Assembly: GCF_006345805.1 (NCBI RefSeq)
Contig: NC_043005.1
Coordinates: 97,774,001-97,838,000, forward strand
Reading direction: 5' to 3'
Source of the DNA: Octopus sinensis
Taxonomy: Eukaryota
DNA: 64,000 bases
In this document: piece by piece, positions 1-11,809 of the stretch
Layout: each line of letters opens with the position of its first letter
How positions within the stretch are numbered: the stretch's first letter is position 1
Notes under the pieces: generated by a model
What the model was told of the DNA's origin: nothing
The model's database searches: none
The model's input: the letters and a program-made list of their open reading frames with translations, nothing else
Translations under genes and position numbers: made by a program

Positions 1-340
1 GTGGTGGTGGTAGTTGAGGTGGTGGTGTGGTGATGGTGATGGTGGTGGTGGTAGTGATAGTGGTGGTGGTAGTAGTGATGGTAGTGGTGGTGATGTGGTG
101 GCGATAGTGGTATTGGTGGTGCTGGTGATGGTAGTTGTTGTGGTGGTTGTTGTGATAGTGGTGATGGAGGTAGCGGTGGTAGTTGTGGTGGTGGTGGTGG
201 TAGTAGTATGGTCATGGTTGTGGTGGTGAGGATGGCAGTGGTGGTGGTGAAATTGGTGGTAACGATGGTGGAGGTCGTGGTAGTGGTTGTGATGGTAGTG
301 ATGGCGATAGTAGTGATGGTGTAAATGGAGGGAGCAGTGA
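1..340. repeat. (GGT/GAT/AGT)n low-complexity trinucleotide tract
   Basis: Degenerate GGT/GAT runs; the ORFs here are poly-V/G translations. Confidence 0.95.
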
Positions 341-492
341 AGGTGAGGTGGATGACAGACAGGAAAGGAAACACTGTAACTTGAACTGCAAATGAAATGT
401 GTATGTGTGTGTGACAAAATATATGTGGCTATGTGAGGATGTATGTGTGTGTGTGTATATAAATGTGTGTGACAATGTGTTTAGTAATCTGT

Positions 493-726
493 TTATTTAT
501 TACCCAAAAGGGGTTAAACATAAAGGGGACAAACAAGGACAGACAAAGGGATTAAGTCGATTACATCGACCCCAGTGCGTAACTTGTACTTAATTTATCG
601 ACCCCGAAAGGATGAAAGGCAAAGTTGACCTTGGCGGACTTTGAACTCAGAACATAGTGGCAGACGAAATACCTCTCAGCAATTTTGCCCAGTGTGCTAA
701 CCACTCTGCCAGCTCACCACCTTCAA
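493..726 (-). mobile_element. tRNA-derived SINE, family A, with 16-bp TSD
   Basis: Minus strand: GGTGAGCTGGCAGAG...GTTCTGAGTTCAAAG (B-box-like)...GCCTTTCATCCTTTCGGGGTCGAT. Direct repeat GTGTTTAGTAATCTGT at 477-492 and 727-742. Confidence 0.9.
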
Positions 727-1054
727 GTGTTTAGTAATCTGTAGAATGTGTCTGTTTATGTATGTAGTCGTACATGTGTGTGTGTGTGTGTGTGTGCGTG
801 TGTGTGTGTGGTGTGTGTGTGAAGGTACACGTGTAACTGTGAAGATATCTGTGTGTATGTTCATGTATGTGAATGTGTGTGTGCCATTATAAGTGCGAGT
901 GTATATGTATATGACTGTGTTACATGCAGTTGTCCATGTGTGAAGATATATATATATATCTGACTGCGTTAAGATGTATTTATGTGTTTATGTCTACATA
1001 CGTAGCTGTGCAGAGGAAGGCATTAGTGTGACTGTGTGAGGGTAGGTTTGTGTA

Positions 1055-1391
1055 TGTAAAAAAAAAAGGATTAAGACACCTTTCGGCCATGAATGACCAT
1101 GGGATTGCACCTAGAAAGTTCTCCGGGCAAGGTTGTTTCATGGAAGACCAGCAGTCGCCCATAAATACCAGCTTCCCCTCTCTCTCAGCCACCAATATTA
1201 TTCAAAGGAAAGGTAAAGCTGATACAGTTTGGCACCAGTGACATTGCAACTCATTTCTACAGCTGAGTGAACTGAGCAATGTGAAATGAAGTGTCTTGCT
1301 CAAAAACACAACACAAAGCCCAGTCCGGGATTCAAACTCACATCCTCATAATTTTTAGCCTGATGCTCTAACCACTCAGCCATGCATCTTC
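1055..1391 (-). mobile_element. tRNA-derived SINE, family C (CORE-like middle)
   Basis: Minus strand: TGGCTGAGTGGTTAGAGC (A box), GAGTTTGAATCCC (B box), TTGAGCAAGACACTTCATTTCACATTGCTC; homologous to 1499-1640. Confidence 0.75.
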
Positions 1392-1498
1392 ATTATTGTG
1401 TAAGTGTTTGTTAATATATTCATGACAGTGCCTTTCAAAATGTGCATATGTCGGTGTCTGTGTCCGTGCTTCTGTGTGTGTGTGTGTGTGTGTATGTG

Positions 1499-1810
1499 AA
1501 GGCACGTGGCTTAGTGGTTAGGAGTATTCAGCTCCTGATTGAAAAGCCATAAGTTTGAATCCCAGCAGTGCATTGTGTCCTTGAGCAAGACACTTCATTT
1601 CACATTGGCTCAGTCCACTCAGCTGACAAAAATGAGTTGTACCAGTATTTTAAAAGGCCATCCTTGTCACATTCTGTGTCATGCTGAATCTCCTTGAGAA
1701 TTACTTTAAGGGCATGCATGCCTGAAGTGCTTAGCCAGATTAATTTCATGAACAGGCTGTCCTGTTCATCAGCTCAGCTGGAATCCTCTTTGACATAACC
1801 AATGGAGTGC
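1499..1810 (+). mobile_element. tRNA-derived SINE, family C head with tail shared with family D
   Basis: TGGCTTAGTGGTTAG...GTTTGAATCCC...GTGTCCTTGAGCAAGACACT; 1640-1810 matches the reverse complement of 40648-40830. Confidence 0.75.
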
Positions 1811-1824
1811 CATATATGTATCAC

Positions 1825-1996
1825 AACTGATGTTGGTGTATTTACATCCCTGTAACTTAGCAGTTTGGCAAAAGAGACCTATAGAATAAGTACTAGGCTT
1901 GCAAAGAATAGGTCCTGGGGTCGATTTGTTTGACTAAAGGCAGTGCTCCAGCATGGCCACAGTCAAATGCCTGAAACAAATAAAAGACAAGAATAT
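1825..1996 (+). mobile_element. 3' half of SINE family B
   Basis: CTTAGCAGTTTGGCAAAAGAGACC...GGGGTCGATTTG...CCAGCATGGCC; 3 mismatches versus 3333-3504. Confidence 0.85.
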
Positions 1997-2209
1997 ATAT
2001 GTATATATAAATGTTTGTTTTAAACTGAAGGATCACTCAGTACTTTTTATAGATTACATATTTATTATTCTTGACAGTAACTTCAAAGTCTCAACCTGCT
2101 TAGCCTTCATCTGACTGTTTATACAGTTCAGTTCATCTTGGCTTTATACAGTCTCTGATAAAGCTAAAATGAAATAAAATATACCACAGTCCAATGAAGT
2201 CTAAACAAG

Positions 2210-2278
<69 letters not shown>

Positions 2279-2281
<3 letters not shown>

Positions 2282-2772
2282 ATACTAAGCAATTAAGGGT
2301 TTAGCAACGAATTGCCTTACCACACACCGAATTTAGAAATAGCAGTTAAAGAGATTATAGCTATTTCTTCTACTAAAAGGGAGATCACAGTAAAGGCACA
2401 GCATTTGAAAGGCAAACACAAACAGGTAAAAGAGAATGAATTAACGGCAATCTATCATACAGTTTTAAGTCACCTACGGACGTACGTTTCGAGATCAAGT
2501 CTTAGGAAAGCATAAGAATTAGATAACTCTACTTTACCCAGACTTCTTCTTTCATCAGCGCAGGATACAAACAATCATGAATGATTGAATATTGAATTTT
2601 GAGATACTAGAAGGCACCAACTCAACTCAGTATCAGAGCGAGCTAGAAGCCACAGCTAGTATCACCAAATTCAAAATTTTCCTCGAATGAGGCTTTTACA
2701 TGCCGAAGACTACTTGGTGTAATTGATAATTGTTCCAAATTAATTAATTTCACCCTTCATTGTTACTCATAA
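2279..2772 (-). mobile_element. ~495-bp hammerhead-containing repeat embedded in (TA)n (retrozyme/Penelope pLTR-like)
   Basis: (TA)n on both sides; shares motifs (AATTGCCTTACCACACACCGAATTTAGAAATAGCAG; TTAATTAATTTCACC) with the 38-kb unit; contains a hammerhead on the minus strand. Confidence 0.7.
2473..2564 (-). ncRNA. Type I hammerhead ribozyme with intact core
   Basis: CCUGCG-CUGAUGA-A-AGA..AAGUCU..AGACUU..UCU-C-GAA-ACGUACGU-C-CGUAGG: 6-bp helix I, full core, palindromic helix III, GUC triplet. Predicted cut between 2479 and 2478. Confidence 0.8.
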
Positions 2773-3084
2773 ACTATATATATATATATATATTGGACAG
2801 AGTGGATGAACAGGGAGTTCACAAGAGTGCAAAAGAAGTGTGGGAGAGGGGAGCAGAAAGGGAATGCTGTGAGTGGTGACCATGGGTATAAAGGGTAGTG
2901 ACAGGATCGCAGTGATAAAGTTACAGGTGAGGACATATGTAACATGTGGGTGGAGAGCACACATGGCAAACAGTCCTTCCAGAACTCAGTTTTGCTGAGG
3001 TGGGCAGGTCTTCTCAAGAACCACATATCACCAGACACCTCCTGGGTCTTCTGAAGGTTCCATTCACTTTATATATATGAGAAA

Positions 3085-3504
3085 TGACTGTGTGGTAAGA
3101 AGCTTGCTTTGCAACCACATGGTTCTGGGTTCAGTCCCACTGCATGGCACCTTGGGCAAGTGTCTTCTACAATAGCCCTGGCCAACCAAAGCCTTGTGAG
3201 TGGATTTGGTAGACAGAAACTGAAAGAAGTCCATTGTATATATATATCTATATATATATCTATATATATATCTATATATATATATATGTATGTATTTGTG
3301 TGTCTCTCTTTGTCCTCCCACCATCACTTGATAACTGATGTTGGTGTATTTATATCCCTGTAACTTAGCAGTTTGGCAAAAGAGACCTATAGAATAAGTA
3401 CTAGGCTTACAAAGAATAGGTCCTGGGGTCGATTTGTTTGACTAAAGGCAGTGCTCCAGCATGGCCACAGTCAAATGCCTGAAACAAATAAAAGGCAAGA
3501 ATAT
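3085..3504 (+). mobile_element. SINE family B (CORE-like), both halves with central (TA)n
   Basis: GTGTGGTAAGAAGCTTGC...GGTTCAGTCCC...ACCTTGGGCAAGTGTCTTCTAC...GACAGAAACTGAAAGAAG, then the 3' half. Confidence 0.85.
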
Positions 3505-4642
3505 GTAGCTGTGTGTATGGGTGAGTTTCTGTGAATGTGTGTATATGAATGTATATGTAAGTGATAATATGAGTGTAACTTTGTGTGCATGAGAATGTCT
3601 GAATATATGTATATGCATGTTTGATTCCTTTTCTGTTTTGTTACATGTTAAACTTTGAATAAGTTTTGTACATTTTTAATGTTCCACTTACAGATAGCAT
3701 TTGAAAAGCATGTGTTAGCTGGTGTCTTTCTTTGCCTGAAAATGCTTTCTTTCCCAGATTGTCACTTGGGTATTTACTAACATAACCAAATGTATCAATA
3801 ATTATTGGAATAAATGTGAATTTGTAATTAGGATAATGGAGCTGCCAGTTTTGAATCATTTATCAATAAACAGTCTCCTTCTCACTGATTTTGAAAGATA
3901 TATTCACATCTTCAGAGTTGCTAACCTCTTTCACCACACATGATGTTTCTTTTCTCTACCAAGTGACTATTTCAGGCTGACTGCGTTCGCACTTGATACA
4001 AGTTTTGATAGGAATCTTCCACTAATAGTTCTTGTCTTGATATTTCTGTATGCCTTCAATAACAGGGTTTGTTTATATTTATCCCAAGGCAGTCTTTTCT
4101 GATGGCATTGTATATTGTTTTAGCAAGAACCTCATATCTTAAAGGGGGGATAATATCTCAATGGCAATTTTGGACAGCTGCTGATTATGTGTGTTATATC
4201 ATCCAGAGAAGAACAGTATAATCAGCATTTACCATTTCATCTTGGGATTTTAATGGCTTCATCTTCTCATTTGTTCATTAGATATTTCATAACAATCCCC
4301 TATTCTTGGATTGTAACTACATAACCTTGAAGATATGATGTAATTAATTGTCATAAGCCCAATAAAGGCTACACTTCATGTTCATATTATCATCCTCTGC
4401 AAGTTTATTTTGGAAGTCACCTGGGAGGTCATCAAAAAGTGAATGCTTTTTGAGTTCATTGTCAACCTGTTAGATGTTATTCACTTTGTTCTTGAGTGCT
4501 TGTTCTTGTATTTATTTTTGCTGTCATTATTTAGTGGCCATTCTATGAGTGATCACTAAAGACTATTTGCACTGACCGGAAGCCTCTTCCTCTTCCTTTT
4601 CTTATCCAATAAGAAGTTTGAGCAGATTTCTTCTATAAAACT

Positions 4643-5224
4643 TGGATGAGGACAGCTGTGTGAGGAAGAGCCACATTTTAACAGTGGAGGGAACCTGTGG
4701 AAGAGGTAGACCCATGAAGACATTGGACGAGGTGGTGAATGTTGGGCTTTATGGAGGCAAGGGCAAGTGACCGAGACCTTTGCCAATGTTACATAACTGG
4801 CACATAAAAAGCACCCTTCAAACATTGGGTGATATACTGTGCTTGAGAAGATCTATCAAGCCAAGTGAAATCATAGTCATGGTACCCATGCCAGTGGCAT
4901 GTAAAAAGCACCGTTTGAGCATTGGGCCTTATGGAGGCAGTGACAGGTGACTGAGACCTTTGGCAATATGCCGTGCTTGTGAAGACCTGTCAAGCCAGGT
5001 GAGATCCTAGTTGTGACTAATACTGGTGTCATGTCAATGGCACCAGTGCCAGTAGCAGGTAAAAAGCACCCACTACACTCATGGAGTGGTTGGCATTAGG
5101 AAGGGCATCCAGCTGTAGAACCCATGCCAAATCGGTTTGGAATCTGGTGCAGCTCCCTAGCTTACCAGTTTTCAGTCAAACCGTCCAATCGATGCCAGTA
5201 TGGAAAACAGATTTTAAGTGATGA
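4643..5224 (+). mobile_element. 5'-truncated RTE LINE (ORF C-terminus + 3' UTR + (GAT)n tail)
   Basis: DEDSCVRKSHILTVEGTCGRGRPMKTLDEVV followed by GAGTGGTTGGCATTAGGAAGGGCATCCAGCTGTAGAA...GTGATGAT. Confidence 0.85.
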
Positions 5225-5996
5225 TATTATCTTGTTGCAAGAGAAAGGCTTTGACTGCTGTGTCTTTTTGGTATAATAATCTTTGGCTACTCTTTGTTCA
5301 CAGAGTTTTCATTAATACCTACGTATTTATTTGGTGGTGGAATAAAGATGATAGAGAGGTCATTGATGTGAAGGTTTTAGCTTTGGGGGTTATAGTTTTC
5401 TCACATTCAATTATTAATATGAACCTTTCATTTGACCAAATTCCATTCTTATATCAGCAGAAAATATAACTAAATTCAGCTGTTTCTCAGCATTGTAAGT
5501 ATTTTGAGTACAGAATGTCCAAGAAATTATGGGTTAACATTAGTCTTTTGTTGTTGTAGACCCAGGACGTAATCAGATACGTATGGTTTTAAGGCCCAAA
5601 TAAAGATTTTGTCTCTTTGGAATTCTCCCTTTGAAATACTTATAACAGTGGAGATAATAATTTCACTTCCATTTGCAAGTGTGATAGTTGTAGAGCACAT
5701 CTTTGTGGACCTCTCAATGGCAGCAATTAAGGTAGCCTGTCCTTCTGCTAACTATTGTAACTTCAGTAGCTGTGAGTGGCGAATGAAATCAATAGACAGT
5801 CTGTAATCAAGCCAAACTGTCACAAGTTTCTTTGATCTTTTCTCACTTTGAGCGGTACAACTGTATTTAGTAAAAGCTGTTCAGTGCATCTTCACACTTT
5901 CTTCTTATGACCTGCTTGCTCTTCAGTGACTACATTATTGAACTCATTATAGACATAGAAGAATTGGTTCAGGCAGCTTGTGTGCAGTTTATATCA

Positions 5997-6373
5997 TTCG
6001 AGTGTGATCGCTACCAGCATCGCCTTACTGGCACTTGTGCCCGTGCTAGTAGGGTGCCAAGAGCACCATCCGAGCGTGATCGTTGCAAGAGCAGCCAACT
6101 AACTGGCTTCCGTGCTGGTGGAACGTAAAAGGGCACCATTCGAGCTTGATCGTTACCAATGTTGCCTTACTGGCACCTGTGCCGGTGGCACGTAAAAAGC
6201 ACCCACTACACTCTCGGAGTGATTGGCGTTAAGAAGGGCATCCAGCTGTAGAAACTCTACCAGATCAAGATTGGAGCCTGGTGCAGCCATTTGGTTTGCC
6301 AGCCCTCAGTCAAAATCGTCCAACCCATGCTAGCATGGAAAGCGGACGTTAAACGATGATGATGATGATGATG
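5997..6373 (+). mobile_element. RTE 3' UTR-only copy
   Basis: Ends CATGCTAGCATGGAAAGCGGACGTTAAACGATGATGATG; the Dong RT frame continues across it (CLN|..YKLHTSCLN). Confidence 0.85.
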
Positions 6374-6939
6374 AGGATTAAGGCAGACTTTGGGTTTATA
6401 GTTCTCTGCTGAGGCATTGATTTCATTCTTGGTTACAAGATTTCTTCATGTTACAACTAGCCAATTTGGTATGTTAATCTGGTCTTCTACAGTTCTTTGA
6501 TGTATGTCTATAAAAAGTCATCGCTTACCACCAGTGGCCAAAGTTGAAGTCCTTTCTTGATGCCTTCCCATTGTACAGCTTTTCCATGGCTTTGGTGAAA
6601 GTTACAACAGCAATCCTCTGGCTTTTCCTGGTGATCTGCATACCATATTCGTGCTTCATTATGGCTGGTTACATTGCATTCTGATTAAAGTCTTTCATTT
6701 CATTCCAGATCATTCATCAGAATGATTTCAAATCTTGGGAAGGGGCTTTTTCCTTTATGATATTGTTTCCTTTCATCCTCTTCTATGCAGTTTGTGGAAT
6801 GGTAGCAAACTTGTAGCTTACATAAGCTCTTTCTAATTTTTTCTTCTGAAAGTGAAGTTTTTCACTCTGAGTCTTCAGTTCATGGGTCAGATTTATTTTC
6901 ACTCACAATTTGAAGCAGAATCTCTACACATGTTCTTTG

Positions 6940-7395
6940 ACTGATATGTGTGTGTGTGTGTGTATGCGTCTGCTTACATGTGTGTGTGGGCATGTGTGTG
7001 TGCGTGCATGTGTGTATGGGTGTGTGCATGTATGTATGTGTGTTTATGCATATAGATATGTATGCATGCGCGTATGTTTGTATGTATTTTGCATGTTCAT
7101 GTGTTTGTGTGTGCATGTTTGTGTGTTTGTATGTGTGTGTGTGTTTGTATGTGTGTGTGTGCTTGTATGTGTGTGTGTGTATTTGTGTGTGTACCTCTGT
7201 CTCCTTGTGTGTGTGTGTTTGAATGTGTCCATATGTATGGGTTTGTGTGACTATGTACGTGCATCTATTAGGTATGGATGTGTGTCTCAATATGTACCCT
7301 TGTGTGTGTGCACATATGGAGTGTGCATGTGTGTATATGGTCATGTGCTTCTGTCTCCTTTTGTGTATATGTTTGTGTGTGTGTGTGTGTGTCAA
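6940..7395. repeat. Degenerate (TG)n/(TATG)n microsatellite
   Basis: Direct reading; the C/V/H/T-rich ORFs are artefacts. Confidence 0.9.
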
Positions 7396-8322
7396 AAGAA
7401 GTTATTTTATGGCATACTTTCGTTTGAAGAAGCAAAGTTGTCAACTCGACATATATGGGTTCATAGAATTGTTCGTTAATTTCCATAAAATTCTTGTAAT
7501 TTCTTTATGCTTTGGAGAGAGTAGAAACTGAAAGAGAGGATAAAGTGAAAAGGCAACATTTGCTTTGAAGTAAGAGGAGAAAGTAAAAGAGAGGAGAAAG
7601 TGAAAGATGCATGTGTATATGAAATGGACGTATGTGTGTGTGTGTGTGTGTGTGCGAGAGAGAGAGAGAGAGAGAGAGAGAGTGAGTGAGTGAGTGAGTG
7701 AAGGTGTGTGTTGTGATGTATGAACTTTTTGCATGTATGTGAAAGTGTCACTCACTCCCTCTCTTTCTCTCACACACACATTATCTTTCATATACATGTA
7801 CATAAATAGGCGGAGGTAAAGAATATGTAAACCACCTATTTTCGGCATAACCCTAACCCTAAACACCAGGTGTGCATATTATTTACCTTCACCCATAAAT
7901 ACATATGCATACATCTTTTTTTGTGCGTGAGAAAGAGAGAGAGAGAGTGACTGTATTTCTTCATAACATATAAAGAAATGGATGTCTTTTAATGCAATTT
8001 TTTATGTTGTGGCTTATTTTAATACAATAGTTATGTGTACATTTTCGTAAATGTTTGTCCGAGTAGAATTCTATGACTGTGTGAAACATCAGATGAAAGT
8101 GAAACATTAGAAGCAATTTGAAATATTGTCCGAAAATGACCTCAGAATTGTGCAACCTGCGTAGTTGCTGAGGTTATTTTAGTTGTAAAACGGAGTTGTT
8201 GAGTGAATAACATAGTTTATTTGGTAGATAGAGTTTATTTGGTAGATAGATAATAAACAGCAGCTATGTTTCATTATAATTCTCAAAGTTGTCAACGAAC
8301 TGTCATCCAGATCAGCTGTTTC

Positions 8323-8661
8323 GTTCGTTAATTTCCGTAAAAAGCTTTTATTTATTTACTTTTGCCTTAAAGTGAAAGAGAGGAGAAAGGGGAAAATGTA
8401 TGAACGTGTACACGAAATGGACGTGTGTGTGTGTTTGTGTGTATGCGCGTGAGAGAGAGAGAGAGAGAGAGAGAGTGTGTGTGAGTGCCACTTACACATA
8501 GACGAAAACACATGTTCACTCACTCTCTCCTTCTCTCTCTGTCACACACACACACGCAGATGTATATAGAAGAAAGATGTATGCATATGTATTGATGTAT
8601 GTACGTATACATGACAACAAACCCCCTCAGCCACTCTCTTTCTCTCTCTCTAACTCCCCTC

Positions 8662-8694
<33 letters not shown>

Positions 8695-8795
8695 ACCCAC
8701 ACATACGTCCATTTCATATACGCATACATATTCTCCTCTCTTTCACTTTAAAACAAAAGTAAATAAATAAAAGTTTTTAAGGGAAATTAACAAAC
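8323..8795. mobile_element. MITE-like element with ~100-bp imperfect inverted arms around a microsatellite core
   Basis: 8323-8426 (GTTCGTTAATTTCC..TTTTATTTATTTACTTTTG..AAAGTGAAAGAGAGGAGA..GAAATGGACGT) is the reverse complement of 8701-8795; a related arm starts at 7471. Confidence 0.6.
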
Positions 8796-9482
8796 GCAGA
8801 TGACAGCCCTGCAAGTCAAAACAAACGATCGCCTAAGCAACTTTATTTATCATAATACAAATGTGACTAATTCGGAGAAACATTACTTTCATTATTCACA
8901 CATCGTCAGTCTCGTAATTGAACACTGAAATTTTGGTTGAAATTGAAAGTGTGAAACTATTTTCACTTTCTAATGAAACCTAGTTGTTGTAACATTCAAT
9001 ATCAGCTCGTTTCACTGTTGGTGGGTGAGGTGGGGAAGTCACATACATATACTAAGACACACACATACAGATATACATTAACACACACCTCAAGCCTATC
9101 TCTGTCTCTATGTGTGTCTTTACATGTGTGTGTATCAGTCATCACAAAAATGTATGTATACTGACAGACACAAACGCCGTCACATATATATACTTGTAAG
9201 CCATCGGCCTTAACTTACGTAACGAATGTGCGAACACATGTAGAAAATGTGACATCATCGTCGTTGTGGTGGTGGTAAAAAATGTCTTTTATGATAGATG
9301 ACTAAAAGAAAAATGATAATCTAAAATTTTTGTAATGCAAATAAGTGAATGAAAATATAGTTTAGTTGGTGGCCAAAAGTTTACTGAATCTTTTGACATC
9401 TGATGTGTCAAAAACGGCAACTCAGTTTTGGAATGCAGATGCACACACACACACACACATACAAACTCTCTTTTATATATAA

Positions 9483-9533
<51 letters not shown>

Positions 9534-9553
9534 CATATACATATATATACATA

Positions 9554-10798
9554 CGGAGTGTTTGGGCTAAATTTAAAAAATTGCTTAAAAGTAAAAGGAA
9601 TCATAACTCACAATATCCAATCTAAAAATAAAGTATTTTAAGAAATCAAAAAATATCAACTAAATTAAGGCTGGGAGATAACAGTTCACTCAAAGTAGCT
9701 TCCCTCAGCTTTTAGCATTGTCTCAAGACCGTTCTGAATGTGGCACATGCATTTGTCACTGTGTCCCTGGAAAGATCTTGAAACACTTTGATCTGTAGCA
9801 GGCAGAGCAATTGGTGTCTTTCTTAATTACGCCCACCCCACACATAGTAATCCATGGGATTATGATCAGGGGAATTGGGAGGCCAGAAATTGGGGTTGGT
9901 GAAAGGCGGCAAGGTGGCAGAAACGTTAGCATGCTGGACGAAATGCATAGCGGTATGTCGTCTGCCGCTACATTCTGAGTTCAATTCTGCCGAGGTCGAC
10001 TTTGCATTTCATTCTTTCGGGGTCGATTAAATAAGTATCAGTTACACATTGGGGTTGATATAATTGACTTGATCCGTTTGTCTGTCCTTGTTTGTCCTCT
10101 CTTTGTTTAGCCCCTTGTGGGTAGTAAAGAAATAGGTATTTCATTTGTCTTTATGTTCAAATTCCGCTGAGGTCGACTTTGTCTTTCATTCTTTCAGGTT
10201 CAATAAATTAAGTACCAGTTATGCACTGGGATCAATGTAATCGACTCAATCCCTTTGTCTGTCCTTGTTTATCCCCTCTATGTTTAACCCCTTGTGGGCA
10301 ATAAAGAAATAAGAAATTGGAGTTGGTGAAGTTGTAAAAATTCTCCCTGCTGCCATTCATATGATCTTCCAGCAGCATCCCTCTCTGACCAGGAATTGGT
10401 CACAGTCTCAAGTAGCTTCACCATTTGAACCATTTGAATTGAGCCTCAGGCTCTTTTCAAAGATGCAAGGATGAATTCCAGAGAGTGGATGCTGTCACAA
10501 TGCCTGCTGAGTCCCTTCCTGCTGGCTATGGCTTTATAGTCTCTGTTGCAGCTGTCTTTGTCATGTCATAACAACATTTACAGTGTTTACAGAGCATTGA
10601 GCAGCAGTCACGATGTTGACATTTTGACACCTGGTGCAAATCATCACGATACAGGTAACTCTTTCCCAATATTCAGACAGCTTCCAGTCCTCTTTGTCAG
10701 CTAACTTTTTCTCAACTACAACTTTAATCTTTATGTTCTTCAATACCATTGACTGAAAAAGGAGACACAAAAATGTCTAATTTATCATGAACACCCTG
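9554..10798 (-). mobile_element. Internally deleted Tc1/mariner DD37D (maT-type) transposon
   Basis: Imperfect TIRs CGGAGTGTTTGGGCTAAATT / CAGGGTGTTCATGATAAATT (minus) with TA flanks; peptides WERVTCIVMICT.., ENFYNFT|PNFWPPNSPDHNPMDYYVWG, AEGSYFE*. Confidence 0.8.
9904..10311 (+). mobile_element. Dimeric SINE family A with 19-bp TSD
   Basis: Full monomer 9904-10133 plus headless monomer 10134-10311; AGAAATTGG(G/A)GTTGGTGAA at 9885-9903 and 10312-10330. Confidence 0.85.
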
Positions 10799-10802
10799 TA
10801 TG

Positions 10803-11343
<541 letters not shown>

Positions 11344-11809
11344 TTATTGACGGATGTGATGTCGTTTCAGCTTCGAAGTAATCATTTATTTTGACTATTT
11401 ATAGGCCAATTTTTGTGTAGAGATTTTGCAAATAAGGTGTGTAAGGCAACCAACTTTCATTTGAGTGCTTTTCCAAGGGAGGAATTCGCCCCTAGGGGCA
11501 GTTTCGCCCCCATTTCATTTCTGTTATTTTCTTCTCGACATTAGAAAATGTCTAGAAATTTTATTGTTGAACGCTGGTCGCGTTCTTTTTGGAACAACAT
11601 TTCCTAGTCTGGAAACGACAGAGAAAAAAAGAACGTTCGCACGGAAAATGCCAACGTGAAATTCGGTGAAAGGAACGCTGCAACCATGTGCGTTAACAGC
11701 CCTGTCACCACCGCCACCCCCACCACTAACAACAGCAACCACGAGACAACAACTGCTACCACCACCACCTCCCACACCACCACCACCACCACCACTACAC
11801 GACCAACAT

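Larger units (their letters stand above)
3640..6900 (-). mobile_element. Decayed R4/Dong-type (RLE) non-LTR retrotransposon, interrupted by two RTE 3' ends
   Basis: Minus-strand peptides IPNWLV..NYKPKVCLN, YKLHTSCLNQF..VVTEEQAG..CTEQLLLN (RT), DITHIISSCPKL (CCHC), WNIPIKTC..QPEIV..FIPIIID (RLE). Confidence 0.8.

Noticed and set aside
1735-1780. CTGATGA...GAAA on the minus strand
   Set aside because: The core bases are buried in a SINE hairpin; the related copy at 40.7 kb lacks the motif.
2670-2720. Second hammerhead-like string CTCGAATGAGGC..GCCGAAGAC
   Set aside because: Both core segments are corrupted and no helix I adjoins the core.
7845-7865. ACCCTAACCCTAA as interstitial telomeric repeat
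   Set aside because: Only two units; uninformative.
8872-8913. CTGACGA...GAAA on the minus strand with a 4-bp helix I
   Set aside because: Helices II and III do not pair convincingly.
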